64,000 bases of DNA, from positions 129,594 to 193,593 of the forward strand of contig MU619259.1 in NCBI GenBank assembly GCA_025201805.1, given 5' to 3'. The notes below the pieces were generated by a model. That model was not told where the DNA came from. It did no database searches and saw only the letters and a program-made list of their open reading frames with translations. Numbering within the stretch: the first letter of the stretch is position 1; every line of letters starts with the position of its first letter. Positions 12,690 through 26,424 of this stretch are shown here, one piece after another. Origin of the DNA: Parasitella parasitica NRRL 2501. Its lineage: Eukaryota > Fungi > Mucoromycota. Both the position numbers and the translations under genes were made by a program.

Positions 12690-15634
12690 TTATTTATCAT
12701 TGTCATTGCTTTGGTTTTGATGTTGATTTCCGTTACCAAATCCAGGGATTGAAGTCAATATGCGATTTTTCAAACTGATTTTTGGTGTGCCATCTGCTGT
12801 CGCCATGCTCAAAAGATCTTGCTCCGAACGACTCCGTTTAGATCCTATTATGTAAAGAATTTTTAATATAAGCATATTTGATCAAATTTATACAACAACA
12901 ACAACAACAACAACAAATAAAAACATACCATCAGTAAGCTTTCTTGATCCTTTTTGAAAGTGTTTCACAGTGCTGCTGCTGCTGCCGCTGCTGCTGCTGC
13001 TATTTGTCATGGGCGTTGTAATAGGGCCCGTTGATCTGGATCTATCGCTCAAGTCCTGTGTACTTTTTGTCCTGCCCAGACCTACTATGTTTTCAGAGAT
13101 CTCGCGGAGGATGGTAGATTTAGACGTGCTGGGTATACTGTTAAAGCTGCTTTGAGATGATGAGCTAGAGTGTTTTCGAACATGCAGCGTCGATTCCTCA
13201 TGTGTGTCGTTTAACGCTAGTTTATATCCTTTTTCGACCATATTTGTAAAAATTCCTTCTCTCGCCCGGTTCATCGGGACAGCAAATTTGGGTGATTTAA
13301 ACGCTGCATATTCCGCATTCACCACTAATAGAGAGAAAACGTTAGATTTGCAAGCTAACATTTCGCAGCATCTTGCTTACGTTTGGCGATCAAAAATTGT
13401 TCCAATTCGGACTTGTCGCTAAATATGGCTGATTTCTCAGGCAGTGGGGGCCCAAAGTCAGGGACATCTTGCACAGACACAACCTCCACTCTGTAAACAA
13501 CCTGGGACGAAATGGTTTCCTGATGGACAATGATGAACACATGAAGGAACTGGGATTTGATGGCAGTTGGGTTGAATGGCTGGTTGCCCTGCACAAACAC
13601 AATGCAAACAATGTCTAAACAATGCATCAGCATCCCATGTCATGATTACGCACTTTCTCTACATACCATTGCCAATATGTCGTTTTCTTTGGATTTGTTG
13701 TTTGTCACCAGGCTTAGAAGGGATTAAAGTGGATACGTGATAGGCAAGTATGTTATCATTCCAAACATTTGTATATGTGTGTTCTCCGGAATCACCACCT
13801 AAAAGGCAATAATGAATGTTAGAAAGAAAAGAAAAAAAAATGCAGTACGTAACCTGTGCGTATTGATAGCCTTACTCTTGGTATCTAATCCTGCTGCCCA
13901 TCCAGTGTATCCCTCTAGCTTGACTTTTCTTCCAATGATATTCAGAAAGACATCCAATTCCTCTGTATGCGGATTCGAAAACCAATCCTCCTCCCTTGTC
14001 TGGCCTTGTTTGACCAGAAGGACGCCAAACTTGTATTTTGTATGCAGCGACGTCTCGTCCAGACGCAATATTTCGTCGTGAATTCCACTGGACAGCAACA
14101 GGTCTTTGTTCATTCTCGCTAAATCCTGGTACGATAAACCAGGCACGGCGGTTTCTATGATTGCTTTCCATGTCGAGTCTGGTATTTTTGCTGAAGCTTT
14201 TTCGGACGTACAGGGTGCGTTCAACAGGAACGAATCCGGAATGATCTTCCTTTGGTCCACGGCATTTTTCGTACGGTGAATAATTCTATAACGTCTTTGG
14301 CTGGATTCCTGCTCATGCTCCACTTGTATGGATATGAGAACAGGATCACCGTTACTGTAGTAGCCGAAAAATGTGTGCATCTCGTTTTGATTGAAGTAGG
14401 TTTTGTACCAATGTGCCTGTAGATCTTTGTGATCGATGGCTGATTTCGAATAGTCGATCGTCTCATCCCGAATCATCAATGTTGGATCTGCAGATCCGTA
14501 TTTGTTGATGCCTTCAATCTTGTACCCTTTGGATGGGATGACAATGGCCTTTTCCACCACCTTGTAATATTGGCATATGCATTGATTCATGATTTGCTTG
14601 AATGTGTATACAATGTCTTTGACAACGACAATCGCCAATTCTTGGTGCTGCACAGTCTGCTCTAGCTGCTGCAGATTTGATTTAATTTCATCTTTCTCGG
14701 CCGCCTGCTCCCAGTTCACCATTTCAGTCATTTTGTGCAAGTCTGCTATGATGGATAAAAGCTGGTCTCGTGGTATGTTTTTGGCAGTCTGGGGTGGTTG
14801 TTTAGTGTTGTTGGCTGATAATGCCAATGAAGTTGCACGATCACACTCATTGCTTAATCGGGTATGTAATGTCGTTAATGTTGTCGTAACTAGCCCCTTG
14901 AATAGAGGTAGATCAGACTTGATAGCCGCGGTTGATTGATATGGTATACTTTGAGATTCGGGTAAATTGCATGCAGAGTTTTTAGTGGCCAACTGACGTA
15001 GCATGGGCGTCTTGTTTTCTTGACACGATCTTGCCCTTTGGCGTGTCCAGGGCTCGTCTTTAAGCTTTGGCAAGAGCTTTTCGCTTTTTGAATCTGATCC
15101 CGCCATGCTCGTTTGGTCTTGGTGCACCATAAACTCTAAATCACCCACCTGTTTGCCAAATAATAGGCTTCCTACAACCAAGCTTTCGTCCTTTTTCTTG
15201 TCGCTGCCACTGACCAGAAATCGAGATGCCAGATTTATAGCACTGCTGTTCCGTCTCCTTGATTTAGCGAGTCCGTTTTCTCTGGGCTGTTGCTGCTGCT
15301 GAAATGGAGTTGAGCTTGTGGTAGTCTTTGGAATAACTTCTTGGGATTTACGTGAAAATAAGCTAAAATTTATCGTTGTTCTTTTCAGTTTGGAGGAGAA
15401 GGTTTCGTCGTCGTTTGATCTATTTCTATTGCGTCGCATGAGGTATTTTACAGACGATTTTACGGCGTTGGGTATTATACTTATTCTGCTGGATGTGCTA
15501 AGCATCGAGCTCGTTGTTGAATTGGTAGAGTATATTGAGGCATCATCTCTGGCTTTGAAAAACGATCCGTTTGATTCATCACAACAGGCGGAATCACAGG
15601 CACTGTCATGGGAGTTTCTATTGCTGTTATCCAT
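12690..15634 (-). CDS. Rap/Ran-GAP domain protein (Rap1GAP family), multi-exon
   Basis: KYKFGVLLVKQGQTREEDWFSN, FLNIIG, GYTGWAAGLDTK, YHVSTLIP, KRHIGN, FLHVFIIV, VPDFGPPLP and NAEYAAFKSPKF motifs across exons. Confidence 0.9.
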
Positions 15635-17220
15635 GTGGAAGGTCGTATTGATCGCTTCAGTTCAACGAGCACGAATCTGGTGTATTGCTACAATGAATTA
15701 ATGCAAAAAAGGGGAGGAGGGCGATAGAGAAGCGAGAAATGAACAGGGGGGCTATGGAGCGGTATTAGAGCAAAGGAAAAAAAAAAAGAGAAGGAAGAAA
15801 AATAGAGAAGAAGGCAGCTATTTAAGTGTTTTCTATTAAAGCCTTTCACTATCTATAAATGGACATCAGTCATTCATATTTTATTGTGCACAAAAACCTT
15901 TTTCAACCATAAAAATTTTAATTTAGCGCATCAAAGTATATATCATCATTATTTTTGAGTAACACGTTTTCTTTTTCAATTAAAAAAGTACTGCTATAGA
16001 CCGGCAAGACCACTTTTGACGCAAGTGATTTGCTAGCATGCGCCTATCTTTGATTCAGGAGCGAGACATGAACCCAATAAGTAACTTGGAAATGTTTGAC
16101 AGCAATCGATAGCTCATGTGCCGTAGAATAAGGCCCCAAGACCATTTTTTCATGTAACTTGACTCTGTGATTTTTTTTTAAAAAACCCCCCCCCCATTCA
16201 AAATCTAAAAGAGCAATCTAAATAAATAAAACCCTCCTATTGCAGCATAAATCTTATCCATGTTATGGTTGCAGATGGAAGAGCTTGTTTTCGTGCGCCC
16301 ATGTCTTTTATGTGCGTGTGTCTTAATGTCTTGGTTCTGCGAGACCTTGATTCAGTATAAAATCTGATCCAAGCTTCAATATTTGAAGGCGTTGTTAATA
16401 CAAGCAAGAAATCCTATATTTGTATGTAGCATAGACGCATAGATGAGATGCACAAAGTTAGTTATGAAAAAGGCCGTAATTCCCATAAATCAGCAAATTG
16501 TAATCAGGCAGACAAATCATGATGCGCTGTATTAATCGACGCTCTGCTGAAACACAATTACATCGTCTCGGATTGGAATGGTGAGAGCATGTCCATATTT
16601 AAAACATGTGCTAATGATGCTCTTAGAGCTGTTGTTACCATGGTGATGTTTTTAGTAGAGACATTTGGAGAAAGCATACTCCAATTCTGTCGAGGTAAGA
16701 TATCGCATCAAAGCTCATGAAAATGCATACATGACTAGGACATAAATGACGAATGTTTTCGTCACTGTAGCAATCTAAATATGATGCTTTTGCACTAAAA
16801 ATAACAAAGCAAGCAGCCGAATTTTGACCTGCTTGGATTGGTTACTTTTGGTATTGAATTCCTTAAACCTGTGTAGTCGCAGAGCTGCAAGAATAAAACC
16901 ACCGCAGTGGGTGGGTTGACCAGTTCTCCAATACACATCAATGTCATCAAACGACTAAATTCAAACTCGTCTTGTTTTAGGAGGAACTTGGTAAATCAAT
17001 GCATTGAGTTCCATTTTCTATTCTTTTTCCCTCTTTTTTTTTTTTCCCTCTTCTATTTTTCACATTTTTATTTAGAAAAAGGATCTTCAATAAATTACAT
17101 AGTTGTGTAAGTCTCTTATTTTGTCATGTGATTTTGATATACGTTGATTCAAGTGGTATCAAAATACATTGAATCTCTTGGATATACTCATCTCCTTTTT
17201 TCTCGGATAGAAGCCATTCA

Positions 17221-19419
17221 ATGATAAAAGGAATAAAAGTTGCTGTAAGTCTTTCTTTGTTCGTTTGATGGCGAATAAAATTGAATTAATGAAATCCCAG
17301 TTTTTTAAAGGCAAACAGCAGCAGCAGCAGCAACATCAGCAAAGAGATGCTTCAAAGCTCTCCACCGATCCGACGAAATCATCAGACGCAAACAAGAGCA
17401 TGCCTTCGCCTACAATTCCATCAGAGACAACATCATCGGCACCTCCTTCTCACAAAAAATCAAAATCTTCTAATAATAGCAATTCATCTTCCCCGAAATC
17501 AAACAACAAATCGTCTATTTTATCTCGAGCATCTATTCAAAACATGTTGCCCACTGCCAGCACCTCTGCTGCTACTGCCAGCACAACTGCCACAACTGCC
17601 GACGCTCCCACCATCTCAGTCGAACCCATTGCCATGGTATGTATTATCCGTAATTTACTTGACCCTCTAACTGAATTGATTTATAGTCATCAACAGCATC
17701 AGTGGCATCATCATCATCCCCATCGTCATCGCCGGCATTATCATCATCGTCATCCTCAAATCTAAAACATTCGTTTTTGACCAACACATCATCCTTGTCT
17801 AAAAAGAATCAAAATGCAAGAGACAATACTGGTGCTGCTGCTGCTGCCACTACTACTACTACTACTACTACTACTGGCGGTGGTGTCATTGTGCCCAAAC
17901 AGCCAGCAAACAGCGCCATGGCATGGCTAAAAGGCGCATCCAAAGACACCATCCCCATCGGAAAAGCGCCTCGACGACAAAAATCATCCAGATTTCATGT
18001 GTACAATAAAGTTACGCTCGAAAAATTACCACCATTCAAAGAAGTATCGCCTGCAAAGCGGACAGATTTATTCCTCAAGAAACTAACCCAATGCCGAGTA
18101 TTGTTTGACTTTAGCGACCCTTCCTCAGATTTAGGCGGTAAAGAAATCAAGAGACAGGCATTGCAAGACATGTTGGAATACGTAGCTACAACCAAAGGCG
18201 CATTAACAGATGCAGTCTATCCAGACGTAGTCAAAATGGTAAGAATCCTTGATCCTTTTTTTATTTTATTTCTCCATCTATATGCCTATGCTCATCCGAA
18301 TGCCCACAGTTCTCTGCCAACCTCTTTCGCACAATACCCCCTCCTATCGACAGAGAAGAAGGATATGACCCCGAAGAAGACGAACCCACTCTGGAAGCAG
18401 CCTGGCCACATTTGCAGCTAGTTTACGAGTTCTTTCTGCGGTTTGTGGAATCGCCGGATTTTAATGTCCATGAAGCCAAAAAGTACATTGACCAAAAGTT
18501 TGTTCTGCACTTGTTGGAGCTATTCGACAGCGAAGATCCTCGCGAACGAGACTTTCTCAAGACAACATTACATAGACTCTATGGCAAATTCCTCAATTTA
18601 CGAGCCTTCATTCGGAAGTCTATCAACAACATCTTTTTTCAGTTCATCTACGAGACCGAAAGCTTCAATGGGATTGCTGAATTACTGGAAATTTTGGGGA
18701 GCATCATCAATGGCTTTGCATTGCCTTTGAAAGAGGAGCACAAAACCTTCTTGATCCGTGTGCTGATGCCCTTGCACAAACCAAGCTGCTTGACAACATA
18801 CCACCCCCAATTGGCTTACTGTGTAGTGCAATTCTTGGAAAAAGATCCTACTTTAACAAAGCCTGTAACGGATTGTTTGCTTCGATATTGGCCAAAAGTG
18901 AACAGCGCCAAGGAGGTTATGTTTCTGAACGAAATAGAGGAAATATTAGACATTATCGACAACAATGAATTCCCCAAAGTCTGTGTACCCATTTTCGAGA
19001 AAATCGCTCAGTGTGTCTCTAGTTCACACTTTCAAGTTGCAGAACGAGCCCTTTACCTGTGGAATAATGACTTTATTGTAAATTTAATGCACGAAAATAT
19101 CCAGGTGATTTTGCCCATCATGTTCAAACCGCTGTACACATTCTCGCAACAGCATTGGAATAGAACGATTCATGGGTTGGTGTATAATGCTCTCAAAATG
19201 TTTATGGACATGGATCCGCAGCTATTTGATCAATGTACATACTATTACAAGACTAATGACAAAAAGTATGTTTTCTCTAGTAGCCCTATCGTAATATCTC
19301 ACTCACATAATTTATTTGCTTGTAGGGTTGAAGAGCTACAACGAGACCGGGAAAATGCTTGGAAATCCGTTGAAGAAGCTGCTATAAAGAATAAACATCA
19401 ATCGGCATCATCGCACTAG
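17221..19419 (+). CDS. RTS1: Protein phosphatase 2A regulatory B' (B56) subunit, multi-exon
   Basis: [68 protein letters not shown]. First exon MIKGIKVA at 17221 is followed by GTAAGT. Confidence 0.95.
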
Positions 19420-19476
19420 TAGACGCCCTCATTTAGAATATTTGATGATATACAAGTTTAATAAAGAAAAAGATCC

Positions 19477-22013
19477 CTAATAATTTTCATCTGTTGCATC
19501 CATCTGCACACCTAATCTGGCTGCTTTGAATCTCGACATTTTCTTTGGCACAACTTCTGGCTGTTTCTCTTGATTATCTTTTTTCTTGTTGGGTAAAGGT
19601 AAATCTTCGTCGAATACCTCAAATTCAGGTTTAAGGGCAAATGAGAATCCGCCGGTAGAAGCAAGCATGTTTTGTCTCTTTTGCTGATAGCTGGATGTAA
19701 TCTCCCTCAGGTCCATGTCGTCTTGCACTTTTTCTAGATCCACAGGCTCAACATCACGTTCCATAACCGCTCCCTTCATGATCTTGTTATCCAGTTTGTT
19801 TTTTCTAGCCACAATAATACCATTTGGCCTTTCCTCCTCGTCGCCTTCATGATCATCATCATTGTCCTCATTAACCTCGTTATCAAATTGTTTAATCATA
19901 GGTATAAGCGCCTCGCTGCCATCACTGGGTCGATAAAACGCTTCTGATCTACTACGAGCGATTTGAACCAATTCATTCAAATCCGGCTGTTTTCCATTGC
20001 TATTATTGTCATTGTCAAGTGAGGGATAATCATCCACAATTTCACATTGGGTGGATTTGATAGTGTTGAATATATCAACAGGAGATCGTATTCTTTGCAT
20101 CAGCAGGGACTGTTTAGACTCGGTCTTCATGGGTTGAGAATAACTCGGTGTCTCAGAGACATCTGAAGGGGCAGAGTTATAATCATGATCGCGGACATCT
20201 GTGTTGGTGTCCCAGGTAACAGAACGTTTAGGTTTAATGCGTTTAGCGACTAATGGGGCTGTGGTATCAGGCTCCGAAGCTGCTGTTTCTTGCTTTGATT
20301 GAGCTCTTTGAAGCTTGAATCGAGACATTTTCCTGGGCTTCTTGCTGCCTGACTTTACTTGAGGAATACCTTGGTTGGCTGGATTGGCTGGGATATGTCC
20401 AAGTTCCTCGTCTTCTTTGTTTATCTCATTCTCGATAGGTGCAGCAGTAGCAACAGCAGCAGGAACAAAAGGTGTGGGTGCTGATTCTTCTACAACCGCT
20501 TCAGTAACAGGCTTTGTGGGTCTCTCCCTCTGTTCCTGTCTCAGTAATTTGAACTTTGAGAATTTCTTTTTGGGAGCTCCATTCGCTGGCGCTGTCGATT
20601 CAGTGATTGTGTCCTGGTTCAAAGGCGATATTTCTTTGCCAGGTGTCTGATTGTTTTTCTTTTCTTGCTGGGCAAGCTTGAATTGAGACATCGGTTTGGA
20701 CGTTGATGCGGTATCTTCAGCAGAAGTTTGCTGGGCCTTCTTTTTCGTAATTACTTTAGGCGTGCTCTTTTCATATAACTCTTTGTCCTCATCATCGATG
20801 ATTTCTCCAAGCATAGCAGCGGGAGGTGCCTGAGGAGGCAATTCGTCATCATAGCAAGTAAAATCTTCTTGGTCCACAACACCGTCTAATGCATATTGCT
20901 CATCGTCTACAAATTGATCAAACATGTTTTCTGATATTTCAGTGTCGTAGCGATCATCGTCGTCATCTTCATCGTCACTAAAGTCGTCCGTTAGTTCATT
21001 ACTGTCTTCATCGTCGCTGGGGGGTTGTGTATTTTTCTTGTCTACGATGGCAGCAGGAACAGCTGTATGCCCGCGCTCTACTTTCTCGCCCTCTTCTGCT
21101 TTCTCTTCTGCTTCCTCTTCTGCTTCCTCTTCTGCTTCCTCTTGTTCCAATTCTCGCAATAAGTCAAACAAAGCCTTGTTTTTGTCATCTTTTCCTGTAC
21201 TTTTCTTTTGACTATCAGCCTCCTCCATCATTCTGCGGGCACGCAACACAGATTCTGGAAGCTGATTTGTAGGCTGTTGAGGTGGTTCTTTTTTTCCCTC
21301 GAGCAATTTTTTCTGTTTCGACTCTTCTTCTTTCTCGTCAATTGGCTCTCTAATCTCCATGATGGGCAGCCCCTCTTCATTCAACTAAATTGGAGAAAAC
21401 ATATCAGTATCCATGAAAATCAAATCCTCTCTCAAGTCAAGAGGAGTGGTAAGGGGTATCCTGAATTATTGCTTGCCTGCGGATCTGATGCTGAGAGTGC
21501 GCCTGCATTTGTTAACGAGTTCTTTTTGGCTCTGAAGCTATTCAATTGCGCTTCAGCCAACCTCAAATTCTCTTCAACAACTGGTTTGAAAGCCATCAGA
21601 TTGTAATTGTAATGCAAGTAGAATATAGGACGCTCACACGTTACCTTGTCTTCGTCGCCCCAAAATCTCAGCAGCCTGTTTAGCAGAACGCTCTGCATAA
21701 TATTGATCGCCAAGCAATACAAGGATTTCATTAGTGTGGACCAACTTTCCCGGCATGAATGCTAGTTTTCCCATTGGTATCTAAAGTGGATTAAAGTGGA
21801 TTAAAGGTCAAAACGTACCAACAACGGACTAGTAATCGCTATATTTACCATGGCGGTTCTCGACGTGCTGTCAGGCAATGTCTTTAATTGATTTTCCAAG
21901 GCATCATAGTCGGCTTTGTAGTCTGACCACCGCTGATGCTCCTGTTCCAGTGTGTTCAACTGATCGGATAGCTTAGAGGCGATCAGGTTTATTTGGCTGG
22001 TTAAATCTGACAT
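19477..22013 (-). CDS. BUD27: Unconventional prefoldin RPB5 interactor (URI/Bud27-like), multi-exon
   Basis: Prefoldin-alpha N-terminus (IPMGKLAFMPGKLVHTNEILVLLGDQYYAERSAKQA), NEEGLPIMEIRE, acidic middle region and C-terminal KKMSRFKAARL. Confidence 0.88.
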
Positions 22014-22264
22014 GATGAAAAATAAGAGATAAAGAAGACGGTGTGGTGGTTGTATTTGGCGCAACTGTAATCATGCCTTTGCACCATTCCTTACAAGCCA
22101 CTTGTTTTTTTTTTCTTTTCTTTCTTTCTTTCTTTCGCCAGTATCCAATGAAGCCTTTTCACACGTACTATCTTTTTCAAGAAAACTTTTGTTTCATTTT
22201 AGCAAGGAATTCCATCTACACCCTGTATTGAAATTTACAAAAAAAAAAAAAAAGGGACAAAGAC

Positions 22265-23514
22265 ATGTTGCCAGCCGGGCAAGTATTATTTTAGTAAATA
22301 CATTTTTTGTATATATACTAATAAAGAAATAAACTATTTCTAAAATAGTCAAAAAAGACAAAACGAAAGTTTGGACCAGGATGTTGATTCAGACGACTCA
22401 GAGGCAAAGCCAGCAAAGCGCAATGGCAGAAGAAAGATCAAGATTGAATACATTGAAGATAAAAACCGCAGACACATTACTTTTTCAAAACGTAAAGCTG
22501 GCATCATGAAAAAGGTTTGGAAGCACGCCATCTACCCATGACATACATAGAAATTGACTGGTGCTATTTTAGGCATACGAACTATCTACTCTCACTGGCA
22601 CTCAAGTCTTATTGTTGGTGGTGTCCGAAACTGGCCTTGTCTATACCTTTACCACTACTAAATTGCAACCGATTGTCACCAAGCCGGAAGGTAAAAACCT
22701 TATTCAAGCCTGCTTAAACACCCCAGATCCATCTATGCCAGACGTAAGTTTCACATGTAGTTTGTATACGCGTTTCTTTTTTCTCGGCATGATCTAACTC
22801 TATTTTCTGGGATCAGACGAATGCGGAAAACAAATTGGACACTACTACTAGTAATGCATCTCCTGTCCCCGCTGTGAATCGTATTCCTGATGAAGCCTCT
22901 CAAAATGTAGAGTATTGCTTTCCTCCCTTTCTCTTTGTTTGCAATTCTAATTAGTTTCCGAGTAGCAATCATCACCTCAAACAACATCACCCCATAGCCC
23001 TATGATGCAACCCGCACCTAACCTTATGAGACATCAGCAAGGTATAGTTGTCCCTCCAATGTCTTCCTCCAACATCAATTTGAATGCTGTTGATAATTCT
23101 CAGCGTCATCAAAGCGGTGGCGCTATAAATTATCCGTCTGGTCAACAACCTTCACAGCAATCACACCACACCTCCCAACCCCCTCAGTTGGGTGGTATGC
23201 CTCCATATAATCAACAGAGATATCCCCCCCACCAAGGATACAATGGTAATTTACCCCAACCTAATCAACCTTACCCTCCTCAACATAACCAGCCACAGCT
23301 GCCTCAGTATGGTGGTCCTCAACAGCCTTATTACCAACAGTCTCAACAACAACCTCCTCCGCAACAGCACCAAAGTTCCTCTTCCGTCCCCCCTCCGCTT
23401 GGCTATTGGTCTTATAATGACCAACAACAAGGAAATGCTGGAAATCCCTCTCATTCGCATTCTCATTCTCAGAGCCAACAGGCAAGACAAATGATCAAGC
23501 CTGAGCGTCCTTAA
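22265..23514 (+). CDS. MCM1: SRF/Mcm1-type MADS-box transcription factor with Q/P-rich C-terminus, multi-exon
   Basis: GRRKIKIEYIEDKNRRHITFSKRKAGIMKK, then AYELSTLTGTQVLLLVVSETGLVYTFTT...GKNLIQACLN. The start at 22265 depends on a GC-AG first intron. Confidence 0.92.
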
Positions 23515-24548
23515 ATACATGTTAATAAAAAAAAAAAAAGGTTTACGCTGTTACTATCTACAATGAGAGGCGGATTTATTTAAACACAGCAATTTTTTGA
23601 TCCGATCAGATAATTATTTCGCCGAATCAGGGCTGCGTAATGATTGGCTAATTGTTGTTTATGAGGTCAGCTGTATACCAAAACTAGACGAGCATCACTC
23701 ATTTGTGCATAAACGATGATTGATATATCATGTTATGATCTAGACATGCTTGAGTTATATATCAATGACAAAATTTAATTTATCTTACTGCTGTATACTA
23801 GACTAATTACGTACTACTTGTTTGCTAGATTTGGGCTCGTGTTGTCATGTGTAAATAAATATAATTCATGTTCATTTCTAATTTTGTAACCTAAACAATT
23901 CAATGGCATGAACTGATGCATTACCATTGACCATTTTCGTTGTGTATAGAGCTGAGATGCATTCACTGCTAATTCGGCAATGTATATTAAAAACGTAGAT
24001 TTTATTAGCTGTGAAAAGTGCATATTGTCGAGAACGATTGCGTCCTATTTTTGTATAAATCAATTGCCCGTTTTGTGAATCTAGTTGCCAAAGCTATTCA
24101 TGAGATACCAAAGATTATATGAATCATTTCTGTATTTTTATGTTCTGAATCCAGTGTTATTTCATTTAATAGGCTTTACGAAATATATGATAAACAGAAT
24201 TGGAGTCTGGCACCCACTTTGATGGTTTTATTTTTATTTTTATTTTTATTTTATTTTTTACAAACAAGTTGTTTGGAGGATTTTTAAAGCTCTATGTGAG
24301 ACGTTACACATGCAAACACATATTTGAAGGCCATGTGAACCCGGGAAATTTGAGGTTTAGGTATTCACCTCGCCTCTAAAAAAAAATTAAAGAAGCTTCT
24401 ACATAAGCAATTGCGTTTCTTTCTTTCTTTATTTCCTTCTGATACTTACTTGCATCGACTAGGCAACACTTTTTATTACTATTTTTTTTTTTCGCATAAA
24501 CAGAGACAGATATAAACACAACAGCGACTGGAAGGAGACACAATTTGC

Positions 24549-26327
24549 ATGTCTCAAGAAGATAAATCATCACCAAACAAAACTTCGCCCCTTGCTTGCA
24601 TCGATGATTATGAATTTCATCGCAGCCTTGGAAAAGGAAGTATGGGCAAGGTAAAGCTTGGCATACATGTTGTTTCTGGAGAAAAGGTCTATACATATAA
24701 TCTCTTTTTTTTTTTTTGGCTTACCACTTTAACTAATGGAACAATCAAATAGGTGGCCGTCAAAATTGTAAGACGAGCAAATTTTCAAATCAACGGGTTT
24801 ACAAGCTCGGGAAAACCAAGGACAAAGGAACAAATGATCAAGGAAAAAGTCAAGGAAGAGACCCGTGAACTGCGCACGATTAGAGAGGCTCACATCATGA
24901 TGCTGTTACGCCACCCTCACATTGTTCAATTGAGAAATTTGGTTGCTGTTGGCCCATACTTCTATATTTTGATGGATTATGTCAATGGCGGTCAGCTCTT
25001 GCACTACATTGTAAAGCGTCAAAAGCTCTCTGAGCAGCACTCTCGACAATTCTCTCGACAAATTGTGAGCGCTCTCGACTATATGCATCGCAATTCAATT
25101 GTACATCGTGACTTGAAGATCGAAAACATCCTAATCGACAAGGCAGGACAGAACATCAAAATCATTGACTTTGGCCTCTCCAATTTGTTTTGCCCCGAGC
25201 GACGTTTGACAACATACTGTGGATCACTGTACTTTGCAGCACCCGAGTTACTGCGCGCATCACCTTACCGCGGACCAGAGATCGACATTTGGAGCCTTGG
25301 TGTAGTTATCTATGTCATGGTGACAGGATCAGTTCCCTTTGATGACAAGTCAATGCCTGGTCTGCACGAAAAAATTAAGCGAGGTCAAGTAGCTTACCCT
25401 GCTCATGTCAGCCCAAGTTGCCGAGATTTATTATCACGGATATTTGTCATCAATCCCACGAAGCGAATCATTTTAGCAGACGTCCTGCGCCACGAATGGA
25501 TGAATCAAGGTTACAACAAGGCCATCAAGAACTACCTCCCACTACGTTTACCCATTGTACAGCCATTAGCACCCAATATTTTACAGCATATGACTCGCGG
25601 ATTCAACATGGGAAATACAGAAGATATTCGACTGAAAATGGAGATGATTGTAAAGTCGCAAGTGTATCGATCGGCAGCAGAGCATGTGGCAAGAGTACAG
25701 CACACTTTGGTTGTACGCACGCCTCAAGACCTAGCTGCCAATCTGTACGACGACCCACAAACAGTGCCGGCTGCCTACCACCCTCTGTTATCACTTTACC
25801 ATTTAACAAGAGAACGATTGTCGCAACAAGAGATGGAACAGGAGTCTGATTCACCTATAAAACCAAATCAATCTACATGTGTAACTCCAGTTTCAGCTAC
25901 AACATCCCATTTTGAAGTCGACGACGATGATGATAATGACAACGACATTGACATTGACTGTGACATTGGCCACTCTGTCTCTGTCTCTGTCTCTGGCTAT
26001 CCCCAAAACGAAGCAAATAAGCATCCATCAGTGGTCTCGATCCAAGAAACAATCGCATCTCCCTTATCGCCTGCTCCACTCACTGTGGGTGGCCCATCAC
26101 ATCCTCCACCTCTAGTATACAGCACCTCTGTATCATCCATAAGCAACCATTCTTCCGTGCCTGATCAATTACTACATATAAGCTTACGAGAGCCAAACAG
26201 CAACAAGAACAACAAATTACCCGACACCAAGAAGGAGAGACCTCCAAAGTCAAGTTTTACAAATATTTTCCATAGATCCACATCTTCTTTAGCTGCCATA
26301 TTTGCAAAAGTGATGTGCACTCGATAA
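24549..26327 (+). CDS. Kin1/Par-1(MARK)-like Ser/Thr kinase (CAMK group), 2 exons
   Basis: LGKGSMGKVKL, VHRDLKIENIL, DFGLSN, TYCGSLYFAAPELL and AYHPLLSLYHL (Kin1-type). One intron ~24687-24752. Confidence 0.92.
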
Positions 26328-26424
26328 ACCTTGCATTATAAAGTCCCTCCCCACCTTATTTAATTGTACATAGCATCTTCATATCATTTGCATTTAATAA
26401 ATTTGAGTTTTTATTTCATCAGTA

